This document shows, one piece after another, positions 1 through 10,362 of a stretch of 64,000 nucleotides of DNA. The first letter of the stretch is position 1; each line of letters opens with the position of its first letter. Origin of the DNA: Vicinamibacterales bacterium (GTDB lineage Bacteria; Acidobacteriota; Vicinamibacteria; Vicinamibacterales; UBA2999); NCBI GenBank assembly GCA_038213735.1, contig JBBQSP010000016.1:1581-65580 (forward strand), written 5' to 3'. The notes beneath the pieces were generated by a model that saw only the letters and a list, made by a program, of their open reading frames with translations, was not told where the DNA came from and ran no database searches. The position numbers and the translations under genes are program-made.

Positions 1-2738
1 CTGGGCTCGAGCGGGCGATGGCGGAGTTGTGTCGCAAGGCGAGCGCCGCCGTCGCCTCCGGCTACGGCATCCTGATCCTGTCGGACCGCGGTGTTGACGC
101 GAAGCACGCGCCCATCCCCAGCCTGCTGGCCACGGCCGGCGTGCATCATCACCTCGTGCGCGAGGGCACGCGCACCAAGTGCGGCCTGCTGGTGGAGACC
201 GGCGACGCGCGCGAAGTGCATCACGTTGCTTTACTGATCGGCTACGGGGCCGGCTCGGTCAATCCCTACCTGGCGTTCGAGACGCTGGACGACCTGATTC
301 GGCAGGGCTCGCTGCCCAACCTGGCGCACCACCAGGCGGTGACCAAGTACATCAAGGCCCTCAACAAGGGCGTGCTGAAGGTCATGTCGAAGATGGGCAT
401 CTCGACGCTGCAAAGCTACTGCGGCGCCCAGATCTTCGAGGCGGTCGGCCTCGACAAGCACTTCGTCGAGAAGTACTTCACGTCCACCGCCTCGCGCATT
501 GGCGGCGTCGGCGTGAAAGAGATCTCAGAAGAAGTCCGGCAGAGACACTCGCGGGCGTACGGCGGGGCGGTCTCCTCCGCCCTTGTGAACGGCGGCGAGT
601 ACCAGTGGCGCAGGGATGGCGAGGTCCATCTCTTTAATCCCGACACCGTCTTCAAGCTGCAACACGCCACACGCACCGGCCAATACGCCATCTTCAAGGA
701 CTACACCCGCCTGGTCAACGACCAGAGCCGGCAACGCGCCACGCTGCGTGGCCTGTTCGGCATGACGCCGTTCGGTCCGCCGGTGCCGCTCGACGAAGTG
801 GAACCGGTGGAGCAGATCCTGCCGCGGTTTTCGACCGGCGCCATGTCGTACGGATCGATCAGCGGCGAGGCGCATGAGACGCTGGCCATCGCCATGAACC
901 GGATGGGCGCCAAGTCGAACACCGGTGAAGGCGGCGAGGATCCGGCGCGCTACGTGCCCGACGCGAACGGCGATTCGCGCCGTAGCGCCATCAAGCAGGT
1001 GGCCTCGGGCCGGTTCGGTGTCACCAGCGAATACCTGGTCAGCGCCGACGACATCCAGATCAAGATGGCGCAGGGCGCCAAGCCTGGCGAGGGTGGGCAG
1101 CTGCCGGGCCACAAGGTCTATCCGTGGATCGCCAAGGTGCGGCACTCGACGCCAGGGGTCGGCTTGATCTCGCCGCCGCCGCACCACGACATCTACTCGA
1201 TCGAAGACCTCGCGCAGTTGATCTTCGACTTGAAGAACGCCAACCCGCTGGCGCGCGTGCACGTGAAGCTGGTCGCCGAATCCGGCGTCGGCACCGTCGC
1301 CGCCGGTGTGTCGAAGGCGCATGCCGACGTGGTCTTGATTTCGGGTCACGACGGCGGTACCGGCGCCTCGCCGCTCACCAGCCTGAAGCACGCCGGCGTG
1401 CCGTGGGAACTGGGCCTCGCCGAGACGCAGCAGGTGTTGCTGATGAATCGGCTGCGCGACCGCATTGTCGTGCAGGTCGATGGCCAGATGAAGACTGGCC
1501 GCGACGTGGTGGTGGCAGCGCTGCTTGGCGCCGAGGAGTTTGGCTTCGCCACCGCGCCGCTGGTGGTCATGGGCTGCGTGATGATGCGCGTGTGCCACCT
1601 CAACACCTGCCCGGTCGGCATTGCCACGCAGGATCCCGAGCTGCGCAAGACCTTCAGCGGCAAGCCGGAGTTTGTCGAGAACTTTTTTCACTTTATCGCG
1701 CAGGAAGTGCGCGAGCTAATGGCCGAACTCGGCTTCCGCACGCTTGACGAGATGATCGGCCGCGCCGAATGCCTCAACTTTGAAACGGCGACCGACCATT
1801 GGAAAGCCAAGGGCGTGGACCTGTCGCAACTGCTACACGTCCCCGAGATGCCTGCGGATGCGGCCCGCCGCGCCACCTGCAAACAGGACGCGGGCCTCGA
1901 CAAGGTGCTGGATCGCCGGCTGATCGAGCAGGCGGCGCCTGCCTTGGACTATCGCGCGCCGGTGGAGCTGTCGTTCACCATTCGCAACACCGACCGGACG
2001 GCCGGCACCATGCTCGGCTACGAGGTCACGAAGCGCTACCGCGGCGCCGGCCTGCCAGACGACACCATTCGCGTCAATTTCACTGGATCGGCGGGCCAGA
2101 GCTTCGGCGCCTTCATTCCGCGCGGCATCACGTTGTCGCTGGCCGGCGAGGCCAACGACTTTGTCGGCAAAGGCCTGTCGGGCGGGCGCCTCGTCGTTCG
2201 TCCGCCCAGGAACGCCGCCTTCGCCGCCGAAGAAAACGTGATCATCGGCAACGTCGCGCTGTACGGCGCGACCAGCGGCGAGGCCTTCATCCGCGGGGTG
2301 GCCGGCGAGCGGTTCGCCGTGCGCAACAGCGGCGCCCAGGCCGTGGTCGAAGGCGTCGGCGACCATGCCTGCGAGTACATGACCGGCGGCCGCGTCGTGG
2401 TGCTGGGCCAGACCGGCCGCAACTTCGCCGCCGGCATGAGCGGCGGCATTGCCTACGTGCTCGACACCGACGGGTCATTCGCCCTGCACTGCAACATCGA
2501 CATGGTGGCGCTCGAGCAGCTCGAGGATGCGGCCGAGATCGAACTGGTACGGAACCTGGTCGGCCGGCACGTCGAGTTGACCAGCAGTGCCGTCGGCGAG
2601 CGCGTGCTGCAGTCGTGGGCGGCCATGCACAAGCAGTTCGTGGTGGTGATGCCACGCGACTTCAAACGGGTGAAAGAGGCAGAGGCGAAGGCACGGGCCG
2701 AGTCACGCGAACCGGCTTTCAGCGACCTTGTGGCTTAG
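1..2738 (+). CDS. gltB: glutamate synthase large subunit, C-terminal ~910 aa (5' end lies outside the window)
   Basis: The frame of ORF 18..2738 stays open back to nt 3 (GLERAM...). FMN-domain motifs are present: [55 protein letters not shown]. The C-terminal GXGXG domain is also present ([28 protein letters not shown]). Confidence 0.95.
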   Translation, partial: GLERAMAELCRKASAAVASGYGILILSDRGVDAKHAPIPSLLATAGVHHHLVREGTRTKCGLLVETGDAREVHHVALLIGYGAGSVNPYLAFETLDDLIRQGSLPNLAHHQAVTKYIKALNKGVLKVMSKMGISTLQSYCGAQIFEAVGLDKHFVEKYFTSTASRIGGVGVKEISEEVRQRHSRAYGGAVSSALVNGGEYQWRRDGEVHLFNPDTVFKLQHATRTGQYAIFKDYTRLVNDQSRQRATLRGLFGMTPFGPPVPLDEVEPVEQILPRFSTGAMSYGSISGEAHETLAIAMNRMGAKSNTGEGGEDPARYVPDANGDSRRSAIKQVASGRFGVTSEYLVSADDIQIKMAQGAKPGEGGQLPGHKVYPWIAKVRHSTPGVGLISPPPHHDIYSIEDLAQLIFDLKNANPLARVHVKLVAESGVGTVAAGVSKAHADVVLISGHDGGTGASPLTSLKHAGVPWELGLAETQQVLLMNRLRDRIVVQVDGQMKTGRDVVVAALLGAEEFGFATAPLVVMGCVMMRVCHLNTCPVGIATQDPELRKTFSGKPEFVENFFHFIAQEVRELMAELGFRTLDEMIGRAECLNFETATDHWKAKGVDLSQLLHVPEMPADAARRATCKQDAGLDKVLDRRLIEQAAPALDYRAPVELSFTIRNTDRTAGTMLGYEVTKRYRGAGLPDDTIRVNFTGSAGQSFGAFIPRGITLSLAGEANDFVGKGLSGGRLVVRPPRNAAFAAEENVIIGNVALYGATSGEAFIRGVAGERFAVRNSGAQAVVEGVGDHACEYMTGGRVVVLGQTGRNFAAGMSGGIAYVLDTDGSFALHCNIDMVALEQLEDAAEIELVRNLVGRHVELTSSAVGERVLQSWAAMHKQFVVVMPRDFKRVKEAEAKARAESREPAFSDLVA

Positions 2739-2744
2739 GGAATT

Positions 2745-2858
2745 GGCCACAGGGACACAGAGGACACAGAGACACTTTTTCTAAATGCGATCGAGCGTCG
2801 AAGCGGCTGACACGCATTTTGAAGAATTAACTCTGTGTCCTCTGTGTCCTCTGTGGCC
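2745..2858 (+). repeat. nested-hairpin intergenic element, copy 1 (between gltB and gltD)
   Basis: The left arm GGCCACAGGGACACAGAGGACACAGAG is complementary to the right arm CTCTGTGTCCTCTGTGTCCTCTGTGGCC (28 nt, 1 mismatch). There is an inner stem AAATGCG/CGCATTT and an AT-richer core. A second copy in the same orientation lies at 4316..4420. Confidence 0.8.
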
Positions 2859-2867
2859 CATACGTAA

Positions 2868-4316
2868 ATGGGTAAACCAACCGGATTTATCGAGTTCTCT
2901 CGCAGCAAGCCGCCGTCGCGGCCGGTCGCGGAGCGTATTGGCGACTATCGCCACGTCTACCGGGCCTATCCCGTCGAGGACCTGACGCGCCAGGCGGCGC
3001 GTTGCATGGACTGTGGCATCCCGTTCTGTCACCAGGGCTGTCCGCTCGGCAACCTCATCCCCGACTGGAACGACCTCGTCTACAAGAACAACTGGCGGGC
3101 GGCCATCGAGCGGCTGCACCAGACCAACAACTTCCCCGAGTTCACCGGCCTGCTGTGCCCGGCGCCGTGCGAGGGGTCGTGCGTGCTCGGCATCAACAAG
3201 GATCCGGTCACGATCAAGTCGATCGAGTTGTCGATCGTCGATCGCGCCTTTGACGAAGGCTGGATCGTCCCCGAGCCGCCGGTGACCCGCACCTGGAAGA
3301 AGGTGGCCGTGATCGGCTCAGGCCCCGCGGGTCTCGCCGCCGCCGCGCAACTCAATCGCGCCGGCCACAGCGTGACCGTGTTCGAGAAGTCCGATCGCGT
3401 GGGCGGCCTGCTGCGCTACGGCATCCCCGAGTTCAAGTTGGAGAAGCGGGTGCTCGACCGCCGACTCGACCTGATGCGCGCTGAGGGGGTCGTGTTTCGC
3501 ACCGGCCTGAACGTGGGCAAGGACGTCACCGCGGATGATCTACAGCGCGACTTCGACGCCATCCTGCTGGCCGGCGGCGCCGGCCAGCCGCGCGACCTTG
3601 ACGTGCCCGGCCGCCAACTGAGAGGCGTGCACTTCGCCATGGAGTACCTCACCCTACAGAACCGCAAGTGCCAAGGAGACGATGTAGGGGCCGGCGTAGG
3701 GGCGCACTTTAGTGCGCCCGAGATCACCGCCGCCGGCAAGCACGTCGTCATCATCGGCGGTGGCGATACGGGTGCCGACTGCCTTGGCACCGTGCATCGC
3801 CAGGGTGCCCTGTCAGTGAGCCAGCTCGAACTGATGCCGGCGCCGCCACCGGGGCGCGCCGACGACAACCCGTGGCCGCTGTGGCCCAACATCTTCCGCA
3901 CGTCTTCGGCCCACGAAGAAGGCGGGGATCGTGTCTACGCCGTCGCCACCACCGAGCTCACCGGCGACGCCAGCGGTCACCTCCGCACCCTCCACGGTCA
4001 CCAGGTGAGCCGCGTCGTGACCAACGGCCGCGCGTCGTTCGAACCGCTGCCCGACAGCGCGTTCGAGATGCAGGCCGACCTGGTGCTGTTGGCGATGGGC
4101 TTTGTCGGACCCGAGAAGAGCCGCCTGCTTACCGACCTCGACATTCGCCTGAACGACCGCGGCACCGTCGCCCGCGACGAGCAGTGGAGGACGAACGTCC
4201 CTGGCGTCTTCGCCGCCGGCGACATGCAACGCGGCCAGTCACTCATCGTCTGGGCGATTGACGACGGCCGCCGCGCCGCGGCAGCCATCGACCAGTTCCT
4301 TACGAAAAACCATTAG
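2868..4316 (+). CDS. gltD: glutamate synthase small subunit (NADPH-dependent)
   Basis: Carries the Fe-S Cys motifs CMDCGIPFCH..GCPLGNLIPDWNDL, the dinucleotide fold VAVIGSGPAGLAAAAQL, and IIGGGDTGADC. It lies directly downstream of gltB. Confidence 0.95.
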   Translation: MGKPTGFIEFSRSKPPSRPVAERIGDYRHVYRAYPVEDLTRQAARCMDCGIPFCHQGCPLGNLIPDWNDLVYKNNWRAAIERLHQTNNFPEFTGLLCPAPCEGSCVLGINKDPVTIKSIELSIVDRAFDEGWIVPEPPVTRTWKKVAVIGSGPAGLAAAAQLNRAGHSVTVFEKSDRVGGLLRYGIPEFKLEKRVLDRRLDLMRAEGVVFRTGLNVGKDVTADDLQRDFDAILLAGGAGQPRDLDVPGRQLRGVHFAMEYLTLQNRKCQGDDVGAGVGAHFSAPEITAAGKHVVIIGGGDTGADCLGTVHRQGALSVSQLELMPAPPPGRADDNPWPLWPNIFRTSSAHEEGGDRVYAVATTELTGDASGHLRTLHGHQVSRVVTNGRASFEPLPDSAFEMQADLVLLAMGFVGPEKSRLLTDLDIRLNDRGTVARDEQWRTNVPGVFAAGDMQRGQSLIVWAIDDGRRAAAAIDQFLTKNH

Positions 4317-4420
4317 CCACAGAGCACACAGAGGACTCAGAGTTAATTCTTTCTAAATGCGATCATGCTTCGAAGCGGCCGACACGCATTTTGAAGGATT
4401 TACTCTGTGTCCTCTGTGGC
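4316..4420 (+). repeat. nested-hairpin intergenic element, copy 2 (immediately after the gltD stop)
   Basis: Sequence is GCCACAGAGCACACAGAGGACTCAGAGTTAATTCTTTCTAAATGCGATCATGCTTCGAAGCGGCCGACACGCATTTTGAAGGATTTACTCTGTGTCCTCTGTGGC. The ~66-nt core differs from copy 1 by 6 substitutions. Confidence 0.8.
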
Positions 4421-4434
4421 AATGTCCGTACAAG

Positions 4435-4470
4435 AAAAAAGGCCGGACACATTGCTGTGCCCGGCCTTTT
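4435..4470. terminator. bidirectional intrinsic terminator between convergent gltD and the PQQ dehydrogenase gene
   Basis: Sequence is AAAAAA-GGCCGGACAC-ATTGCT-GTGCCCGGCC-TTTT. This is a GC-rich stem (10 of 11 pairs) flanked by an A-run and a T-run. Confidence 0.7.
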
Positions 4471-4485
4471 CCAGTCTCCGGACGC

Positions 4486-6567
4486 TTACGGGAGCGCGAG
4501 CGTCGTGTAGCCACCGTTACGCGGCAGCACGATGTACTGTTTGCCCGCGTGCAGGTAGGTCATCAAGCCGTACTGACCGAGCGCGCGAGTCGGCACCGCG
4601 CCCACCCGCTTGCCGGTCTTCTTGTCGATGGCGAACAGGTGCGGTCGGTTGTCGGCGGTCTGACCCGCCGCCAGCAGCAGCGTCGACGTGGCGGCGAGGG
4701 CGGCTGTGCCGCGGCGGCCCCAGTTGGTGTCGACCGTCACGCCCTTCAGGAGCGGGTTGTTCTTGAACGCGTCCTGAGCGGCCTGCGGCGTGTCGCCGTG
4801 GGGAACCATCCACAGATGTTCGCCGGTGTTCATGTCGATCGCGGTGATGCGGCCGCTCGGACCCTTGAAGATGTCGGGAATGCCGAACAGCGGATCGTTC
4901 GGATCCGGCTTGGCCGGCGGCGCGCCTTCGCCACGAGCCGTGGCGAACATGGCCAGCGTCGTGCCGGTCATCTTGTCGTTGTCCTTCTCCGCCGCCGGAG
5001 CGAGGATCGTCGGCGAGCAACCGCTCGTTGACGCGATGAACAGGACGCCGGTCTGAGGATCGGCCGCCGGTGGTCCGGTGATGTTGGCGCCGCCGCCGCC
5101 GCCGGGGCAGATGTTTGCCGGGCCCTTGCCCTCCTTGTTGCCGCGGTGCGTTGGCGGGGCGAACAGCGGCGCCAGCAGATCACGCTCCTTGGCGCGCGCG
5201 AGCGCGAGCCGCTTGATCTCCGGCGTGTAGTCGATCAAATGATCCTCCGTGCGGCCCTGCAGGTCGTAGGGCGCCGGCTTGGTCGGGTGCGGCTGCGTTG
5301 CCGCCAGCTTCTCGGTGGGCACCAGCGACTGGGGCGCCGGTTTGTCGACGAACGGCCAAATCGGCCGGCCGTTGGTGCGGTCATACGAGTAGACCCACGA
5401 CTGTTTGGTCACCTGGAACAGGCCGGGGATCCGCTTGCCGTCCACGGTCACGTCCATCAGCACGGGCGCGGTCGGCGTGTCGTAGTTCCAGATGTCGTGA
5501 CGCACCAACTGGTGGTGCCACACGCGCTTGCCGGTCTTCACGTCGAGGGCAATCACGCTCGTGCCGAACAGGTTGTCGCCCGGACGGAAGCCGCCGAAGT
5601 AGTCGATGGTCGCGCCGTTGGTCGGGATGTAGACCAGACCGCGCGCGGGGTCGGCCGACATCGGCGCCCACGACGAGATGTCGCCGGTCCACTTCCACGC
5701 ATCGTTCTCCCACGTCTCGTGACCGAACTCGCCCGGCCGCGGAATGACGTGGAACTTCCACAGGTACTTGCCGGTCTTGACGTCGTAGCCAAGAATGTCG
5801 CCGGGCACGTTCTCGACGCGCGTCTGGTTGTAACCCTGCTCGGCCGAGTTGCCGACGACCAGCGTGTCGTTGACGACGATGGGCGGCGAAGAGGTGGTGA
5901 TGTAGCCGAGCGTGAGGGGCAGGCCTTGCGCCGGGTCATACGGCAGCTTCGCGTTCAGCCACGGATCCCAATCCGCGATCAGGTCCTTCAGCATGTCCAC
6001 CGAGCCGGTGGTGGGGAAGCCGCGCACTGGCACCGCACCGCCCCACTTCTCGAGCGGCTGGCCGGTCTTGGCGTCGAGCGCGTGCAGGAAGAAGCCCGGG
6101 GTGGTGACAAACACCACGCCGCGGCCGTTGATGCGGCCGTAGGCCACGCCCTTGCCGTGGTTCGAACGCATCGAGTACGCGTGACGCGGCGTCTCGGGTT
6201 CCTGGAACGTCCACAGCGTCTTGCCGGTCGCCGGATCGAGCGACACCACCGTGCGGCGCGGGCCCGACGTGGTCAGCAGCATGCCGTCGACGTAAATCGG
6301 CAGCGAGCGGCCATTGATATCGCCAATATCCACTCCCGGAGCCGACGCGGCGCCCCACTCCCAGGCCACCGCCAGCGAGTTGAAGTTCGACGCGTTGATT
6401 TGATCGAGCGGCGAGTATCTCGTGGAGTCATTACCTCCCGTGATCGTCGTCCAGTCGGCCTTGTTCTGCGCGACACCGGCGAGTCCCGAAAGGACCACCG
6501 CGACCGCGACCACCAACCCGCCCACGAACGCGTGGCGGGTCCACTTACCCGATATTCCCCTTGTCAT
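4486..6567 (-). CDS. PQQ-dependent dehydrogenase (quinoprotein beta-propeller, N-terminal membrane anchor or signal)
   Basis: Start chosen at MTRGISGKW (ATG at 6567) inside ORF 4486..6741, followed by a hydrophobic segment [21 protein letters not shown]-rich propeller repeats typical of the glucose/quinate-type quinoprotein family are present ([32 protein letters not shown]). Confidence 0.85.
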   Translation of the reverse strand: MTRGISGKWTRHAFVGGLVVAVAVVLSGLAGVAQNKADWTTITGGNDSTRYSPLDQINASNFNSLAVAWEWGAASAPGVDIGDINGRSLPIYVDGMLLTTSGPRRTVVSLDPATGKTLWTFQEPETPRHAYSMRSNHGKGVAYGRINGRGVVFVTTPGFFLHALDAKTGQPLEKWGGAVPVRGFPTTGSVDMLKDLIADWDPWLNAKLPYDPAQGLPLTLGYITTSSPPIVVNDTLVVGNSAEQGYNQTRVENVPGDILGYDVKTGKYLWKFHVIPRPGEFGHETWENDAWKWTGDISSWAPMSADPARGLVYIPTNGATIDYFGGFRPGDNLFGTSVIALDVKTGKRVWHHQLVRHDIWNYDTPTAPVLMDVTVDGKRIPGLFQVTKQSWVYSYDRTNGRPIWPFVDKPAPQSLVPTEKLAATQPHPTKPAPYDLQGRTEDHLIDYTPEIKRLALARAKERDLLAPLFAPPTHRGNKEGKGPANICPGGGGGANITGPPAADPQTGVLFIASTSGCSPTILAPAAEKDNDKMTGTTLAMFATARGEGAPPAKPDPNDPLFGIPDIFKGPSGRITAIDMNTGEHLWMVPHGDTPQAAQDAFKNNPLLKGVTVDTNWGRRGTAALAATSTLLLAAGQTADNRPHLFAIDKKTGKRVGAVPTRALGQYGLMTYLHAGKQYIVLPRNGGYTTLALP

Positions 6568-6739
6568 CGGCACCTCTGCTATGTTGCTCGCGCGCTTGCC
6601 CCGAAGAGGCCGGTCACGCCGAACTATAAGTACAGCCGGCCAAGAGTGCGCTGTCCAGAGGGTTTCTGTCAACCATTTGCGCGGGGGGAGGGCGTGGTGT
6701 ACAAGCTTAAAGCTCACCTTTCGGTCACCAAGAACAGCC

Positions 6740-8353
6740 ATGTCGTCCGCGAAGCGCCGGGACCGGCGCGAGGGAACACCCCCACGTCCTGAACAATCGT
6801 TCGATGCCCCAGGGGCACGCTCGACCAGCGTCCTGCTGCTGCCACTGGTCTTTACCGCCGGCCTGCTGGCCCTGACGCTTTTGCCCAGAATCGAGGCCAG
6901 TCAGGCCCTTTTGTGGTCGTTTTGGGGGTCTGGCGCGATCTTGTTGGCCTGGCTCGCGGTCCTTGCCATGCGGGATCTCAAGGGTGGCTCCCCGGGCATT
7001 TACCTCGCCCCGCCGCGTCAGCAGCACTACATCCAGGCGTGCTGCCACCTCACCGTTTACGCCTATTGGGGCTACTACTGGCGCCCGGTCTACGACTTTG
7101 CGCCGCTCCTGGTTGGCCAACTGCTGTTTGCTTACGCCTTCGACATGCTCCTGTCGTGGTCGCGCCGCGAACGTTATGGGCTGGGCTTCGGGCCCTTTCC
7201 GATCATCTTCAGCACCAACCTGTTCCTGTGGTTCGTGGACGACTGGTTTGCGTTCCAGTTCCTCCTGGTCGCGATCGGCTTTGCCGGCAAGGCGTTTGTC
7301 CGGTGGGAGCGCGACGGGAAGTTGGTCCACATCTTCAACCCCTCGGCGTTCACACTGGCCATTTTCTCGGTGGTGCTGCTCGCCACCGGCACCACGCACC
7401 TGACGTGGGGACAGGAGATTGCCACCACGTTCAGCCTCGGCCCGAACATCTACAAGGTGCTGTTCGGTGTGGGACTCGTGGTGATGTATTTCTTCTCGAT
7501 CACACCGGTCACCGCCATGGCGGCGCTGATGCTGTTTGGCGGCAGCCTGATCTACACCGCCATTACCGGCGTGCCGTACTTCGTGGACTCCGACATCCCG
7601 TCGGCGGTGTTCCTCGGGCTGCACCTGCTCGTGACCGATCCCTCCACGTCGCCGCGAACGCCGCTCGGGCGCGCGATCTTCGGCGTGCTGTACGGGCTTG
7701 GCGTCTTCGGGCTGTATGCGCTGCTCGGCGCGATGGGCATGCCGACCTTCTACGACAAGCTGCTGTGCGTGCCGCTGCTGAACCTGGCCGTGCCGGCGAT
7801 CGATCGCGCGGTGCGCCACCTGGGCGCGCGGCCCTGGATCCACGTGCTCGGGCTCGACCCGCCGCTTGGCCGCGCCAACCTGGCGCACATGGGCGTGTGG
7901 GTGCTGATCTTCGGCGCGATGACCATGACCGGCGCCGCCGATGGCATGCACAAGGGCGATTCGCTGCCGTTCTGGCAGCAGGCGTGCGCGGCCGACAAGC
8001 CGCAGGCCTGCGCGCGGCTGTTGCGGATCGAGGCGTCGTACTGCGGCGACAACGCCGGGTGGGCCTGCAACGAACTGGGCCGGCACTACACCGAAGGCCG
8101 ATTGGTGCCCGCCGACGCCGAGCGCGCGTTTGCGTACTTCTCGCGCGCGTGCGAGGCACGTTTCCAGGCCGGATGCGTCAACCTGCTCGACTCGTCCTCA
8201 CCGGCGCAGGCTGATCCGCGGGCGTTTGATCTGCGGTTGCTGTTGCGCGAGGGCGGCCCGAACCTGATGGAAATGGCGGAGCCCGATCTCTACACGCGCG
8301 CGTGCAAGCACGGCTGGGACTTCGCGTGCGGCACGCAGACGGCGACTCGATGA
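6740..8353 (+). CDS. polytopic membrane protein of the NqrB/RnfD-like (UnbU-like) type with a C-terminal Cys-rich Sel1-like repeat domain
   Basis: Start chosen at MSSAKRR (ATG 6740). There are about 10 hydrophobic segments. The motifs [11 protein letters not shown] and [20 protein letters not shown] resemble the NqrB/RnfD signatures. The C-terminus ([50 protein letters not shown]) looks Sel1/Hcp-like. Confidence 0.7.
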   Translation: MSSAKRRDRREGTPPRPEQSFDAPGARSTSVLLLPLVFTAGLLALTLLPRIEASQALLWSFWGSGAILLAWLAVLAMRDLKGGSPGIYLAPPRQQHYIQACCHLTVYAYWGYYWRPVYDFAPLLVGQLLFAYAFDMLLSWSRRERYGLGFGPFPIIFSTNLFLWFVDDWFAFQFLLVAIGFAGKAFVRWERDGKLVHIFNPSAFTLAIFSVVLLATGTTHLTWGQEIATTFSLGPNIYKVLFGVGLVVMYFFSITPVTAMAALMLFGGSLIYTAITGVPYFVDSDIPSAVFLGLHLLVTDPSTSPRTPLGRAIFGVLYGLGVFGLYALLGAMGMPTFYDKLLCVPLLNLAVPAIDRAVRHLGARPWIHVLGLDPPLGRANLAHMGVWVLIFGAMTMTGAADGMHKGDSLPFWQQACAADKPQACARLLRIEASYCGDNAGWACNELGRHYTEGRLVPADAERAFAYFSRACEARFQAGCVNLLDSSSPAQADPRAFDLRLLLREGGPNLMEMAEPDLYTRACKHGWDFACGTQTATR

Positions 8354-9159
8354 TGCGACTCGGCATCGTCTTTGTCACGCTGGCGCTGTCGTCGCTCGCG
8401 ATCGGTGCGCAACAAGGCTTGGGGGATTGGCCCGACTTCGTCGAGATCCCGGCCGGGCCGTTCACCATGGGCGCGGATCCCGCGATTGATCCGCGTGCCT
8501 TCGACAACGAGAAGTGGTCGCCGTCGCAAGGCGAAGGCACCGTTGATGTGCCGGCGTTTTACCTCGCGCGGCACGAGGTCACCGTGGCGCAGTACGCCGC
8601 GTTCGTGAACGCGACCAAGGCGCCGGTCGATGCCAACACCCTGGCCGGCCAACCCATCCATCCGGTGACGTTCGTCACCTGGCCCAACGCGATCGCGTAC
8701 TGCCGGTGGCTCGAGAGCGTGCTGGCGAAGGCGCCGGGGCCGGCGGGCGACCTGGTTCGCGCCGGCTGGCGCGTGCGCCTGCCGACCGAGGCGCAGTGGG
8801 AAAAGGCGGCGCGCGGCGGCGACCGCCGTGCGTATCCGTGGGGTGATCAGCCGCGTAAGGATCGCGGCAACTTCGAGGGCACCGGCGTCACGCCGGTGGG
8901 GCAGTTCGCGTGTCCCGAGTGCCCGTACGGCCTGGCCGACATGAGCGGCAACGTGTGGGAGTGGACGAGCAGTCCTTATCAGCCGTATCCGTACGACCCG
9001 TCCGACGATCGCGCCAACCTCGACGCCGATGCGTTGTGGGTGATGCGCGGCGGCCACTTCGGTGACGCGGCGCGCCAGGCTCGCACGACCACCCGCGGTG
9101 CCGCCGATCCCGGCGCTCGACGCGCATTTATCGGCTTTCGCGTCGCCCTCGTCCGCTAG
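8350..9159 (+). CDS. formylglycine-generating-enzyme (SUMF1/FGE-sulfatase) family protein, secreted
   Basis: An ATGA start/stop overlap with the upstream gene falls at 8350-8353. The signal peptide is [20 protein letters not shown]. Family motifs are HPVTFVTWPNAIAYCRWL, RLPTEAQWEKAARGG, YPWGD, NVWEWT, RGGHFG. Confidence 0.9.
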   Translation: MMRLGIVFVTLALSSLAIGAQQGLGDWPDFVEIPAGPFTMGADPAIDPRAFDNEKWSPSQGEGTVDVPAFYLARHEVTVAQYAAFVNATKAPVDANTLAGQPIHPVTFVTWPNAIAYCRWLESVLAKAPGPAGDLVRAGWRVRLPTEAQWEKAARGGDRRAYPWGDQPRKDRGNFEGTGVTPVGQFACPECPYGLADMSGNVWEWTSSPYQPYPYDPSDDRANLDADALWVMRGGHFGDAARQARTTTRGAADPGARRAFIGFRVALVR

Positions 9160-9309
9160 TTCCCGTTACAACTCGGGCGTCCGCCAACCTCGTCCACCGG
9201 GGACGATTCACGTTTTTCCTAACAAAAACGGTATTTCTGGCCAAATGCTCAGCCTGCGAAGTTTACTTGATGTAACACACAATTAACCTTAGTGTTGCTT
9301 AGCTGTTGT

Positions 9310-9981
9310 ATGACTCAGGGCCAGTCGAGGTGGTTCGCCTCGTGTGCGGTCGCGGCAATTCTCGTTGCCGGGTACTCGACTTCTGCCTTCTCTCAAACCC
9401 AACTCACCAAGTCGCCGCTTTCCAAGACGAAGCCCGAGACCGACGCGAAGATCATTCACGCCAGCCATCCGGCCCTGGTGGCCAGCGTGCTCAGGCTGCA
9501 TGCGGGCAGCGCCGCCTGGCGACAGGCCATCGACGACCTGGCCGCGACCGGCCGCCGCGCGCTTCTCGTGACGCCCGACCAGGTGCGTGTGGCCGACTCC
9601 GCGGGGGGACCCGCCAAGCCGTTCGACGACCGGGTGCTCGCCGAGGTCCAGCCTATTCCCGGAGAGAACGGCACCGTTGACCTCGTCGTCGTAGTCGTCA
9701 ACGTGGAGTTGCTCGAAGTGCTGCACGCGCGCAACGGCCGAATGTTCGACCTCGACGCCGACCTCGACCGCATCCTGGCCCACGAGGTGTATGGGCATGC
9801 CCTGCCGTACCTGCTGAGGGGCCACATGTCGGGCCGTTGCGCCGACCCTGCGCCCGGCCAGCGCGCCACCGATGCATGCGCCATCCAGCGCGAGAACGAA
9901 GTTCGCGTGGAGCTCGGCCTCGGCCGGCGCGACGACTACGGCCTGAACGGCCTGGCGCTCGCGCGCCGTAACCACCGCTAA
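9310..9981 (+). CDS. hypothetical secreted protein with an HExxH zincin-like motif
   Basis: The ATG at 9310 gives a signal-like N-terminus WFASCAVAAILVAGYSTSAFSQ. A single HEVYGH motif is followed by QRENEVRVELGLGRR. I recognise no family. The antisense ORF 9289..9975 is a shadow. Confidence 0.6.
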   Translation: MTQGQSRWFASCAVAAILVAGYSTSAFSQTQLTKSPLSKTKPETDAKIIHASHPALVASVLRLHAGSAAWRQAIDDLAATGRRALLVTPDQVRVADSAGGPAKPFDDRVLAEVQPIPGENGTVDLVVVVVNVELLEVLHARNGRMFDLDADLDRILAHEVYGHALPYLLRGHMSGRCADPAPGQRATDACAIQRENEVRVELGLGRRDDYGLNGLALARRNHR

Positions 9982-10038
9982 TCAGGCGCGGATTGAACTT
10001 GAACGAACGAACGGCCGTATATTAACTACAATTAGACT

Positions 10039-10362
10039 ATGCGGACCTTCCTGGGCGAGTTCGAGCAGCTCCTGCTTCTGGCGCTCACCGGCGCGAAAGA
10101 CGAGTCCTACGGCGTGGAGATTCGCCGTGTGATCGAGAGCCGCACCGGCCGCACGGTTTCGCCGGGGGCGGTCTACACCGCGCTCGACCGTCTCGAACGG
10201 CGGGGACTGGTGGTGTCGCGCCTGGGCGAGCCCACCGCTCAACGCGGTGGCAAGAGCAAGCGTTACTACCGCATTCTCCCAGCCGGCGCGACGCTGTTGC
10301 GGCAGTCGCAGCGGTCGCTGGCGCGAATGGCTGCCAGCATCCCCAAGCTTGGGACCCGATGA
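10039..10362 (+). CDS. PadR family transcriptional regulator
   Basis: The sequence [55 protein letters not shown] is a typical PadR winged helix. An ATGA overlap links it to the downstream permease gene. Confidence 0.9.
   Translation: MRTFLGEFEQLLLLALTGAKDESYGVEIRRVIESRTGRTVSPGAVYTALDRLERRGLVVSRLGEPTAQRGGKSKRYYRILPAGATLLRQSQRSLARMAASIPKLGTR

Noticed and set aside
525-1691. 388-aa minus-strand ORF inside gltB, plus several other ORFs overlapping gltB/gltD on both strands
   Set aside because: It is antisense or out of frame to an unmistakable gltB reading frame. The translations are Arg/Ala/His-rich and low in complexity, typical of high-GC shadow ORFs.
2785-2985. Apparent conserved peptide MRS[SC][VF]EAADTHFE..TLCPL encoded by both copies of the gltD-flanking element (also 4357..5031)
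   Set aside because: The conservation follows from nucleotide identity of the element. 5 of the 6 substitutions are non-synonymous, there is no RBS, and both ORFs run on into unrelated sequence. An RNA/DNA element is the better explanation.
5146-6792. 548-aa plus-strand ORF covering the whole PQQ dehydrogenase locus
   Set aside because: It is fully antisense to a gene with clear quinoprotein motifs. The translation is Arg-rich with no recognisable domain.
6725-8086. 453-aa minus-strand ORF and 433-aa plus-strand ORF (6913..8214) over the membrane-protein gene
   Set aside because: These are shadow frames. Only the 6740..8353 frame gives coherent TM helices and the conserved NPSAF and TDPSTSP motifs.
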